A DNA stretch of 33,719 nucleotides from a virus (IMGVR_UViG_3300025018_000081:1-33719), one strand, 5' to 3'; shown: positions 7,899 through 16,520, counted from the stretch's first letter. Numbers and translations are program-made. The notes: generated by a model from the sequence alone, not told the origin.

Positions 7899-8030
7899 AT
7901 GTTAAATAGCGAACAAGCAATATTACTAGACAAAATAAATCAACTTATGGAAGTAAAAACAAACGACAAGCAAAAACTAATTCAATTATTACAAATAACA
8001 AAAGATTTAATAGAGAAGCAAACGATATAA
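7899..8030 (+). CDS. Small hypothetical protein (43 aa)
   Basis: AAAGGAG SD; MLNSEQAILLDK... Confidence 0.55.
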   Translation: MLNSEQAILLDKINQLMEVKTNDKQKLIQLLQITKDLIEKQTI

Positions 8031-8056
8031 CCCGCAAAGTTTTATGGAGGTAGGTT

Positions 8057-8431
8057 GTGAAAGATAATGGAACAATAAGAATGAGTGCGACGGGGGCTAC
8101 TCGTGATACAAGCACGAACAAAATGGAAGTGGTTAAATATATAAGCCCACTATTCATTGAAGCATTTGGAAAGTATATGTTAAAGCACCAAATACAAAGT
8201 GATGGTTCTAAAAGAGAGGGCGACAACTGGAAAAAAGGCTTTGGCGAAACTTATAAAGAAACAAGGAATATATGCTTTGATAGTTTGGGTAGACACTTTT
8301 TGGATTTGTGGAAAGAGCAAGACGGATTTAAAAGCAGAGATGGAATATATGAAGCGTTAGGCGATATAGTGTTTAATACTATGGCTTACTGGGATGCTTT
8401 GATAAAAGAGGAACTAAATGAAAAAAAGTGA
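8057..8431 (+). CDS. dATP/dGTP diphosphohydrolase-like protein (DUF5664-like)
   Basis: TGATRD...K....ISP....GDNWKKG...SLGRH...W...A..FN pattern; GGAGG SD before GTG. Confidence 0.65.
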   Translation: MKDNGTIRMSATGATRDTSTNKMEVVKYISPLFIEAFGKYMLKHQIQSDGSKREGDNWKKGFGETYKETRNICFDSLGRHFLDLWKEQDGFKSRDGIYEALGDIVFNTMAYWDALIKEELNEKK

Positions 8432-8594
8432 AATAGAAATATATGAAGAGATATTTAGAAACACAATGGGCGATATAGCAAACACAATAGAATTAGCACT
8501 TGATAATTTAGAATTGAAAGATTATAAAGAAGCAAAAGAATTGTTAAGCGAACTTTTGTTTACAATAGACCAATATAGAATAAAAAAGGATTGA
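8418..8594 (+). CDS. Small hypothetical protein (58 aa)
   Basis: AGAGG SD; fills the gap before the late regulator. Confidence 0.55.
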   Translation: MKKSEIEIYEEIFRNTMGDIANTIELALDNLELKDYKEAKELLSELLFTIDQYRIKKD

Positions 8595-8598
8595 TGTT

Positions 8599-9027
8599 AT
8601 GTATAATTTGTCTATAATGACAATTAGAGAAATAAATAATGCAATAAGACACCTCACAAATCAATTAGAGTACTACCTAGAACGCAAAGCCAAAGCGTGG
8701 GCAAATACACAACCAAGGTCATCATTTAACTATGATGAGCCTGTAAAGGGTGGTAAAACGAGGGAAAATAGTTTTGAACGATATGTAATAACAAATGAGG
8801 AAGTTGATCCTTTAATAGATGAAATACAGGACAATATACTGGACTTATCTAAATATGTAGAGAAAGAATTGCAAAGAATAGGTGAATACGAACCTTTAAT
8901 GCAAGAAATAATTAAATGCCGTGAAATACAGCGTTTAACTTGGGAACAAACAGCAATTAAAACAAGTTACAGTGTTAGTCAGTGCAGAAGAATATATAAA
9001 ATGTATATGAATAAACGAGATATTTAA
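8599..9027 (+). CDS. Late transcriptional activator (ArpU/RinA/DUF1492-like)
   Basis: Coiled-coil N-terminus and C-terminal sigma-region-4-like HTH (LTWEQTAIKTSYSVSQCRRIY); typical position at the end of the middle region. Confidence 0.8.
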   Translation: MYNLSIMTIREINNAIRHLTNQLEYYLERKAKAWANTQPRSSFNYDEPVKGGKTRENSFERYVITNEEVDPLIDEIQDNILDLSKYVEKELQRIGEYEPLMQEIIKCREIQRLTWEQTAIKTSYSVSQCRRIYKMYMNKRDI

Positions 9028-9031
9028 AAAG

Positions 9032-9066
9032 ATGAGCAACAAATGAACAACCAAAAGTGCTAATAT
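9032..9066 (+). promoter_or_regulatory. Putative activator-dependent late promoter
   Basis: Direct repeats ATGAGCAAC/ATGAACAAC with 11-bp period immediately after the activator stop, then TGcTAATAT -10; no -35. Confidence 0.65.
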
Positions 9067-9108
9067 GATATTATATACATAGTAGAAAGCGACTGGAAGT
9101 ATAATGTT

Positions 9109-9324
9109 ATGACAAAGAACGAATTATTAGAGCATTTTATAATGGAAGATGAAACTTTCATTGAATTATGTATTGCGAATCAATATTATGGATGTAGAGG
9201 GTGTAAGTATGCCTATATATGCGAACAGATTGAACAAATACAGAAACAAAAGAGTGACGATAGACGGAATAAACTTTCAGAGCCAAAAAGAGGGAAAAAG
9301 GTATCTAGAACTGAAACAGCTTGA
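9109..9324 (+). CDS. Hypothetical Cys-rich protein overlapping the DUF1064 gene
   Basis: C..x7..CRGC..x4..C cluster; 3' half overlaps the next gene, so uncertain. Confidence 0.4.
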   Translation: MTKNELLEHFIMEDETFIELCIANQYYGCRGCKYAYICEQIEQIQKQKSDDRRNKLSEPKRGKKVSRTETA

Positions 9325-9571
9325 AAGAGCAGGAATAATAAGCGAACTTAAATGGCAAGTTAAGTACGAACTAATACCTAAATATGAAATCAATGGTAAG
9401 AAAATAAGAAGCTCTTGCTATGTGGCAGACTTCACATACAAAATCAATAATACAAATGAAATAGTCATTGAAGATGTCAAGCCAAGTAAGAATTATCAAA
9501 CTGAAGTGTACAAATTAAAAAAGAAATTGTTTGAATATAAATACCAACAAGAGATTAAAGAAATATATTAG
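9209..9571 (+). CDS. DUF1064-family putative endonuclease
   Basis: NKYRNKRVTIDGINFQSQKEGKRY.ELK.LE.AG.I..L..QV.YELIP...YVADFTY...IEDVK; GAGGG SD before ATG 9209. Confidence 0.85.
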   Translation: MPIYANRLNKYRNKRVTIDGINFQSQKEGKRYLELKQLERAGIISELKWQVKYELIPKYEINGKKIRSSCYVADFTYKINNTNEIVIEDVKPSKNYQTEVYKLKKKLFEYKYQQEIKEIY

Positions 9572-9581
9572 GAGGTATTGT

Positions 9582-10910
9582 ATGAAAGAACTTATTAAAC
9601 AGCTTGGTGGCCAAGTAAAAGAGGGAACAACAACTTGGAGAAACGCAGTAGAACAATTTAACCAACAACAAGGAACCAACTTAACGCCGAATGCGTTGAG
9701 AAAGAGATACGATAATTTAAGTGATGACTTAGATACATCTTCTAATGAAAAAACCAACGAAGAATACGAAACACACTATCAAAGTGGTGTTATAGAGTTA
9801 CAAAAAGAAGTATGGTTTGATGCAAATGAAGAAAAAACACCTGAAATAGTGTTAAAAAAGTTTGGTTATGACCCAAACAGATGGGTACTTGTTGAATGGC
9901 GATTTGGAAAATGGGAAGTTGCTATTAAAAGCGAAGAACAAAACAGAGTTTGTACAACAATAAGAGCGAAAATTAAACCAAAGACACTAGAAATAGACGA
10001 AAAAACAACATTACAGGCAATAAAAGAGATATTAGCAGAAGAAATAGAACCTTTAATGTTTGAAAAACAAGATAACAATGATGAATTAGATAAAAATAAA
10101 TTGTTTGAAGTACCAGCAATAGAACTACACCTAGGCAAAATGGCTTGGGGTGGTGATACTGGTCAAGACTATGATAAAGATATAGCAATAGATAGATTTA
10201 ATACAATAACTGAGCGAATAGTACAAAAGCAAAGCATTGAGAAATGTGATAGAGCAGTTATATGTATAGGTAATGACTTTTTTAATAGTGACACAGTAGA
10301 TATGACAACAACAAGAGGAACACCACAACAAAACGATTTAAGATGGAAGAAGTTATTTGGCATAGGATTAAAACTATATGTAGAACAACTATTAACATTA
10401 AGAGAACAATTTAATCATATAGATTTATTATTAGTACAAGGTAACCACGATAGTATGAGTTCGTTTTATTTATACACGGCGTTACAACAAAGGTTTAGAG
10501 AAGACCCTAAATTACATTTTAGAGAAGATACCAAAGAAACACAGTGCTATATGTTTGGTAAGGTTGCATTATTCTTTAATCATGGAGATATCAATTTAAA
10601 AAGATTGATAGGAAGTCTTCCTGCTGAGTTCCCAAATGAATGGGGAAACAGCAAGTTTAGAGAGTTACACATAGGACACCAACACAGTGAACAAGAAATT
10701 ATATTAAAAGACTTCGGTGGTATTATACCAAGAAGAATAGGAAGCCCAACAGGAACTGATGCTTGGCATTATAAAGAAAGATATGTTGGAGCTCAGCAAA
10801 AACACCAATTGTTTATATGGAATAAAAATAATGGTTTAAATAATATAGATTTTGTGGGATTTAACAATTCCACGAAAAAAAAAAGACTAATTAAAGGCGT
10901 CAGAAGGTGA
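9582..10910 (+). CDS. Calcineurin-like metallophosphoesterase with N-terminal HTH-like region
   Basis: ELHLG, GNDFFNSD, QGNHD, NHGD, GHQH metal motifs; AGGAGG SD before ATG 9582. Confidence 0.85.
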   Translation: MKELIKQLGGQVKEGTTTWRNAVEQFNQQQGTNLTPNALRKRYDNLSDDLDTSSNEKTNEEYETHYQSGVIELQKEVWFDANEEKTPEIVLKKFGYDPNRWVLVEWRFGKWEVAIKSEEQNRVCTTIRAKIKPKTLEIDEKTTLQAIKEILAEEIEPLMFEKQDNNDELDKNKLFEVPAIELHLGKMAWGGDTGQDYDKDIAIDRFNTITERIVQKQSIEKCDRAVICIGNDFFNSDTVDMTTTRGTPQQNDLRWKKLFGIGLKLYVEQLLTLREQFNHIDLLLVQGNHDSMSSFYLYTALQQRFREDPKLHFREDTKETQCYMFGKVALFFNHGDINLKRLIGSLPAEFPNEWGNSKFRELHIGHQHSEQEIILKDFGGIIPRRIGSPTGTDAWHYKERYVGAQQKHQLFIWNKNNGLNNIDFVGFNNSTKKKRLIKGVRR

Positions 10911-10913
10911 GTT

Positions 10914-11084
10914 ATGAGATTAGAATTATTTTATGACGATTTAGAATATATGGATAGACTTTATTATTTAATGATAAACAACTATGACATAATAGACCAT
11001 GGCATAGATGATAAAAATGAAGTATATTGGATTAGATATTATGTTAGAGAATATATATTAAGTGGTTATAGGAGTGCAGTATGA
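10914..11084 (+). CDS. Small hypothetical protein (56 aa), coupled to the dehydratase gene
   Basis: GAAGGTG SD; ATGA overlap with 11081. Confidence 0.55.
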   Translation: MRLELFYDDLEYMDRLYYLMINNYDIIDHGIDDKNEVYWIRYYVREYILSGYRSAV

Positions 11085-12001
11085 GTTTTAAAGATAAAAT
11101 TGTTTTAATTACAGGCAATGGGTCATTTGCAAATGCAATGATTGAATATTTGCTTAAAACAGATGTAAGAGAAATACGAATATATAGTCGCAACGAAGAA
11201 AAGCAAGTTGCGAGTGAAAGAAAATACAACGATAGTCGCTTAAAATTTATACTTGGCGATATAAGAGATTATAAACTATTAAGTGAATCATTAAAAAATA
11301 CTGATTATTGCATACATACGGCAGCCTTAAAACATGTTAAAAAATGCGAAGAGAATCCAAGTGAGGCAAAATCAATTAATATAGATGGTAGCGAAAATGT
11401 AATAATGGCTTGTATAAATAACAATATACCTAAATTGTGTTGTTTATCAACCGACAAAGCCGCGAACGCCTGTACTACTTATGGAACAACAAAATATATG
11501 ATGGAGCGATTAATAGTAGGAATAGAAAACAAGAACACAACAATAACAATGACTAGGTATGGAAATGTCGCTGGGTCAAGTGGTAGTGTAATACCTTATT
11601 TCAAACAACTTGCAAATGAGAATAAGCCGTTGACATTAACAGATCCAAATATGACTAGATTTTATATACCAATAGAAAAAGCAGTTGATAGTATATTATA
11701 TGCGTTAGAGTATGGCAACCATAAAGACTTAGTAATATATAAAAGTAAAAGTGCAACAGTACAACAAATCGCTGATTGTATAAGTAACAACCAAGTTATA
11801 GTTGGCATAGTAAAGAGTGAAAAGACAGATGAGGCATTGTTGACGGAAAGAGAACTTAATCACAGTAAAGAAATAGAAGACTTTTATATATACAATGAAG
11901 ATTATATAAATGAGAATAAACATGTCCAACCATTAACAAGTGATAACGCACCAAAACATACTCACGAAGAATTAAAGGAATTAATTGGGAAGTGTAAATA
12001 A
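11081..12001 (+). CDS. UDP-N-acetylglucosamine 4,6-dehydratase family SDR (PseB/FnlA/CapE-like, Polysacc_synt_2)
   Basis: GDIRD, HTAALKHV, LSTDKA, YGTTK, RYGNVAGSSGSVIP, LTDPNMTRF. Confidence 0.9.
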   Translation: MSFKDKIVLITGNGSFANAMIEYLLKTDVREIRIYSRNEEKQVASERKYNDSRLKFILGDIRDYKLLSESLKNTDYCIHTAALKHVKKCEENPSEAKSINIDGSENVIMACINNNIPKLCCLSTDKAANACTTYGTTKYMMERLIVGIENKNTTITMTRYGNVAGSSGSVIPYFKQLANENKPLTLTDPNMTRFYIPIEKAVDSILYALEYGNHKDLVIYKSKSATVQQIADCISNNQVIVGIVKSEKTDEALLTERELNHSKEIEDFYIYNEDYINENKHVQPLTSDNAPKHTHEELKELIGKCK

Positions 12002-12046
12002 TAAAATAAATTGAGTATTTTTACACAATTAAAAAGAGGCGATAAT

Positions 12047-13060
12047 ATGACTGTTTTTTATTTTCATAGCGGGAGTGGTAATCATGGTTGTGAAGCCATA
12101 GTTAAAACTCTAATTGATATATTAAAAATTAAACCAACGCTCTATTCATTTAACCACTGGGAAGATTACAAATTTGATATTGATAAAATAGTGGATATAA
12201 AAAGACACGACAATATAATTGGAGATATAGCGATATCAATTGGTGGTGATAATTATTGTTATCCTGGAAGTTTGCCAATATTAGAACAATACAATAGGGA
12301 TTTAAAAGGTCAAGGAACAAAAACTTGTTTAATTGGTTGCAGCATTGATAGGGATACAATTATAAAATGCCAAGAAGATTTAAAAAGGTACGATTTAATT
12401 ACAGCTAGAGAAAGCTTAACACAGCAAGCATTAAAGGAAATTGGAGTTAATGCTCCACTCATCCCCGACAGTGCTTTTATTTTAAATAAAGAAGAAGTTA
12501 AATGGGATGATAATGGTAAGGAATGGATAGGAATAAACGCAAGCAATTTTGTTAGTGATGATGTGTCTAGAAAAAACTACCAAGAACTTATCCAATATAT
12601 AATGAATAATACTAAGTATAATGTTCTTTTAATACCTCATGTAGAACAAAAATATAATAATGATTATCCAATGTTACAAGAACTATACATAAATAATGGG
12701 AGAATGAGATGGGCGGAAGGTAACGCCAATCAATTAAAGGGTTATATAAGTAAATGTAAGATGGTAGTTACAGCAAGAACTCATGTCAGCGTAGCGAGTT
12801 ATTCTTTATGTATACCAGCACTGGTTTTGGGATATAGCATTAAATCGCACGGAATAGCCTTAGATTTGTTTGATACAAGTGAAGGGTATGTTGTACCAAA
12901 GGATAGTTTAAAAACTCCGTACGAGCTTAAAAACGGCTTTATATGGCTTGATAATAACTATTCGGCGATTAAAAAGCGTTTAGAAGAAATAATGCCCGAA
13001 TATAAAAACAAATGTTATAGATTGAGAGAGTTATATGAAAGTTTATGCAGCAAAGAATAA
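12047..13060 (+). CDS. Polysaccharide pyruvyltransferase family protein (WcaK-like)
   Basis: GSGNHGCEAI, SIGGDNY, ARESLT, PDSAF, ARTH..VA....P....YS.K motifs; AGAGG SD before ATG 12047. Confidence 0.85.
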   Translation: MTVFYFHSGSGNHGCEAIVKTLIDILKIKPTLYSFNHWEDYKFDIDKIVDIKRHDNIIGDIAISIGGDNYCYPGSLPILEQYNRDLKGQGTKTCLIGCSIDRDTIIKCQEDLKRYDLITARESLTQQALKEIGVNAPLIPDSAFILNKEEVKWDDNGKEWIGINASNFVSDDVSRKNYQELIQYIMNNTKYNVLLIPHVEQKYNNDYPMLQELYINNGRMRWAEGNANQLKGYISKCKMVVTARTHVSVASYSLCIPALVLGYSIKSHGIALDLFDTSEGYVVPKDSLKTPYELKNGFIWLDNNYSAIKKRLEEIMPEYKNKCYRLRELYESLCSKE

Positions 13061-13787
13061 AGATTTAAATATTAGATTAAATAGCTCTAGTGGAGGAATT
13101 TTTACAGCTTTGGCGGAACAAATTATAAATGAAGGCGGAACGGTTATCGGAGCAACACTAGATAATTTAGAAGTCAAACATATAGCAATTGATAATGTAA
13201 ATGATATTAAAAAGTTACAAGGGAGCAAATATGTTCAGTCAACAGTTGATTATTCTTTGTTAAATAATAAGAAACCAATATTATTTAGTGGAACTCCCTG
13301 TCAAATGCCAAATGATGATGTATTAAAAATAGATGTTGTTTGCCACGGAACTCCAACAAAAGAGAGTTTTAAAAAGTATTGCAACGCCAATCAGATATCT
13401 CACATTAAATTTAGGGATAAGACAAACGGATGGACTAACTTTATGGTTGTAACTTGTAAAGACGGCAATACAATACATGAGGATTTTAGAAATAACGAGT
13501 TTATGATGGATTTTCTTAATAATAAAAACCTGAAAGAAAGTTGTTATAATTGTCAATTTAAGAATTTTAAAAGTAGTAGCGATATAACACTAGGCGACTT
13601 TTGGGGTATACAAAACGAGTATCCTGATTTTGCTGACAATATTGGTGTATCGCTAGTTATTGTAAAGACACCGAGAGGCGAAGAATATTTTGATAAGATA
13701 AAAGATAAGCTAGACTATATAGAAATAGATATAGATAAAGCAATAAAATATAATCCGAGCATTATTAAATCTGCAGTAAGAGGTTAA
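13035..13787 (+). CDS. Coenzyme F420 hydrogenase/dehydrogenase beta-subunit (FrhB/FdhB)-like Fe-S protein of polysaccharide loci
   Basis: SSSGGIFT, GSKYVQS, FSGTPCQ, CHGTP, SCYNCQF, SDITLGDFWG. Confidence 0.88.
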   Translation: MKVYAAKNKDLNIRLNSSSGGIFTALAEQIINEGGTVIGATLDNLEVKHIAIDNVNDIKKLQGSKYVQSTVDYSLLNNKKPILFSGTPCQMPNDDVLKIDVVCHGTPTKESFKKYCNANQISHIKFRDKTNGWTNFMVVTCKDGNTIHEDFRNNEFMMDFLNNKNLKESCYNCQFKNFKSSSDITLGDFWGIQNEYPDFADNIGVSLVIVKTPRGEEYFDKIKDKLDYIEIDIDKAIKYNPSIIKSAVRG

Positions 13788-13789
13788 AA

Positions 13790-16156
13790 ATGAATACAAG
13801 TTTATTAGTTATGAGTTGTGATAGTTACAGTGATTTGTGGCAACCGTTTTATAAGTTGTTTAAAAAACATTGGAAGAATTGTCCTTATAAATTATATATT
13901 TGTTATGAAACTAAAAAATGTAGTCAAGCGAAAACAATAAACAAGACTGGCGAATGGACGAAAAGATTAAGGGAAGCTCTAGAAGAAATAGATACAGAAT
14001 ATGTAATATTGCTTTTGGATGACTATTTTATAAGAAAACCAGTAAATCAAAGTTTGATAGATTTTTGTATAAACAACTTTGATGATGAAACGGCAACTTT
14101 TGACTTTCAAAATGTGCTTGCTGATAAATTAGACTGGTTTAACACAAGATCTAGAAAGGGTCAATTTGTAGCAAGAAGAAATAATAGAATGTATTTAACA
14201 AATACACAACCAAGTATATGGAACAGAAAAAAACTAATAGACTTATGCCAAGAAGATATGAGTATTTGGGCTTGGGAAACACAAATATTAAATAGTCCAT
14301 ATAAACATTATATAAATGTTGGCGATGAAATTATAGATATAGGTTATTACAAAGACAGAAAACCATGGGGAGTTGTACAAAATAAATGGACAAAAGAAGT
14401 TTTAGATATGTTTGATAGAGAAGATATTAAAGCAGATCTAAATAGAAGAGGTTATTACGATATGACATTATCAATTATTACTCCATACTATAAAACTTTA
14501 AATGAAACAAAACAACTTGCTAAAATACTAGAACCTCAACTAACAAACGAAGTAGAGTGGATTATTATTGACGATGGCTGCGACGAAAAGGAACTTGATA
14601 AACTAAAAGCAAAGGTAATACATCAAGAAAACGGCGGCGTTAGTAATGCAAGAAACAAAGGACTAGATAATAAGAGCGGTAGATTTGTGACATTTGTTGA
14701 TAGTGATGATATGGTAACAAGCGACTATGTAAGTAAGATTTTAGACAAAATACACACAAGCAAGTTTGATTATTGTTTTTTTAGTTGGCGATATTCCGAT
14801 AGGGATGTAACAATAACTGATATGCCGCCAATTTGGAACACATCAATTTGGAATTGTATATATTCATCGGATATAATGGGTGATAAAAGATTTAATGAAA
14901 CAAAACAAATAGCAGAAGATACAGATTTTAATAATAGAGTTAGAAAAGGTATCAAAGAAAACTTAATTGATGTACTGTACCAATATAATACAGACACGCC
15001 AGATAGTTTAACAAAGAGATTTAGCAGAGGGGAAATAACAGAAACAAGAAACGGGGTTATTAAAACCCAGTTAATAGTATATCGTTCGTTTTTATCCAAA
15101 TTGGGTGGTATAGAAAGTGCGTTATATAATTTCTGTTTATCACTTAAAGATAAATATGATATTGTATTTATGTATGATGAAGTTGGAGAAGGAAACCTAC
15201 AACAGTTATATAGACTTAAAAAACTTGTTAAATGTGAGAAATATAACAAACAAGATTTAATATGCAAAACATTTATATATTATGGTGTTAATCCACAAAC
15301 AATAGAAGAAACACTAACAGCAGATAAGGTTATTCAGCAAATATGTAATAATATGGCTGAAATACCAAGTGGATTTAGACCAAGTCCAAAGACAACTGAT
15401 TTTTACGCCGATAGTCAAGCAAGTGCTGACGCATTTACAAGAAAATACAAAATAGATTGTGGTGTTTTACACAACTTGTTTGTTACAGACGAACAAAAAA
15501 GAGTATTAAGTTTAATGAGTGCAACTAGACTTGCTCCCGAAAAAGGTTATGATTTAATGAAAATCTTTGCCAAAAGAATGACGGAATTGGGTTATATGTT
15601 TACATGGGAAGTGTTTACTAACGATGTACCTAACGAAGAAATAGACGGATTTGTATTTAGAAAACCAAGATTAAATGTAACTGATTATATGTGGAACAAG
15701 GATTACGGTTTACAATTTTCAACAAGCGAAAGTTGGGGAAACACTCCGACAGAGTTTTTAGAAAGAGGCGTGCCTGTAATATGCACAAAATGGTCAAGCG
15801 TTGAAGAACAAGTTGAGGATGGAGTTAATGGCTTTTTACTTGAAAAGAATTTAAAAAACATTGATTCTGTTATACATAATATGTTTTCAAAGAATTTAAA
15901 AGGGTTTAACTATAAGCCAAAATATTCAATTAAAGAATGGACGGACGCAATAGGTGATTTGGATAAACCAAAACTAGATTATGTTTACGATATAAATAGC
16001 ACAACGGGATTTGAAACAAGGGTATTAAAAGATTGTTTTTATTCTGTTGAAAATAAGCAATGTAAAGTCGGCGATATTTTAGTGATAGAAACAGAAGCAA
16101 GATTAGAGTTTTTAGAAAAACTTGGATATGTTAAAAGAATAGGAGAAATAATATGA
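13790..16156 (+). CDS. Multidomain glycosyltransferase: GT-A-like + GT2 + GT4 (GT-B) + small C-terminal domain
   Basis: Domain 1 SCDSYSDLW..LLLDDYF; domain 2 SIITPYY..IIDDG..GVSNARN..FVDSDD; domain 3 GGIESA..RLAPEKG..ESWGNTPTE (Ex7E)..GVPVI..DGVNGFL. Confidence 0.88.
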   Translation: MNTSLLVMSCDSYSDLWQPFYKLFKKHWKNCPYKLYICYETKKCSQAKTINKTGEWTKRLREALEEIDTEYVILLLDDYFIRKPVNQSLIDFCINNFDDETATFDFQNVLADKLDWFNTRSRKGQFVARRNNRMYLTNTQPSIWNRKKLIDLCQEDMSIWAWETQILNSPYKHYINVGDEIIDIGYYKDRKPWGVVQNKWTKEVLDMFDREDIKADLNRRGYYDMTLSIITPYYKTLNETKQLAKILEPQLTNEVEWIIIDDGCDEKELDKLKAKVIHQENGGVSNARNKGLDNKSGRFVTFVDSDDMVTSDYVSKILDKIHTSKFDYCFFSWRYSDRDVTITDMPPIWNTSIWNCIYSSDIMGDKRFNETKQIAEDTDFNNRVRKGIKENLIDVLYQYNTDTPDSLTKRFSRGEITETRNGVIKTQLIVYRSFLSKLGGIESALYNFCLSLKDKYDIVFMYDEVGEGNLQQLYRLKKLVKCEKYNKQDLICKTFIYYGVNPQTIEETLTADKVIQQICNNMAEIPSGFRPSPKTTDFYADSQASADAFTRKYKIDCGVLHNLFVTDEQKRVLSLMSATRLAPEKGYDLMKIFAKRMTELGYMFTWEVFTNDVPNEEIDGFVFRKPRLNVTDYMWNKDYGLQFSTSESWGNTPTEFLERGVPVICTKWSSVEEQVEDGVNGFLLEKNLKNIDSVIHNMFSKNLKGFNYKPKYSIKEWTDAIGDLDKPKLDYVYDINSTTGFETRVLKDCFYSVENKQCKVGDILVIETEARLEFLEKLGYVKRIGEII

Positions 16157-16476
16157 AAGTTTTAATGATGAAGCCACAAATTGGCGAACCACAAGAAGCG
16201 ATAAGAATAACTAAGGATATGATAGGTAGTGTCTTAACGAACACAGAAACACTTAAACAAGAGATTGTTGAAAATGAAGACGGGAAACTAGTATTAAAAG
16301 CACATCAAATTGAAAACAACGAAATATTTAAAAGTGTTGAGGATATAGAAATATTTATTGAATTAAATGACGTGTTGATTAAAACCCCAAAGGGCTATCA
16401 AAAACCAGTAAACAAAGTATACGAGGTTGATACAGCACTTGAAAGAGCAATAAACAAAATAAACAAGATAAAATAA
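16153..16476 (+). CDS. Hypothetical protein between the GT cassette and terminase
   Basis: AGGAG SD, ATGA overlap with the GT gene. Confidence 0.7.
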   Translation: MKVLMMKPQIGEPQEAIRITKDMIGSVLTNTETLKQEIVENEDGKLVLKAHQIENNEIFKSVEDIEIFIELNDVLIKTPKGYQKPVNKVYEVDTALERAINKINKIK

Positions 16477-16520
16477 AGGGGTTGGCTTTATGGCTTGTAA
16501 AAGGAAAAGGAGATGAGATT

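Noticed and set aside
13035-13787. Methanogenesis/F420 auxiliary metabolic gene or archaeal host
   Set aside because: The context is a polysaccharide-type cassette; promoters, SD sites and the M23/SH3 lysin are bacterial
14770-15267. Longer reverse-strand ORFs (e.g. 14770-15267, 17116-17544, 2854-3198)
   Set aside because: Antisense shadows of well-supported + strand genes, with no SD or recognisable motifs
11081-16156. Classical serotype-conversion (GtrABC / O-antigen) moron
   Set aside because: No membrane flippase, GT-C or polymerase, no independent promoter seen and no integrase; not formally excluded but disfavoured
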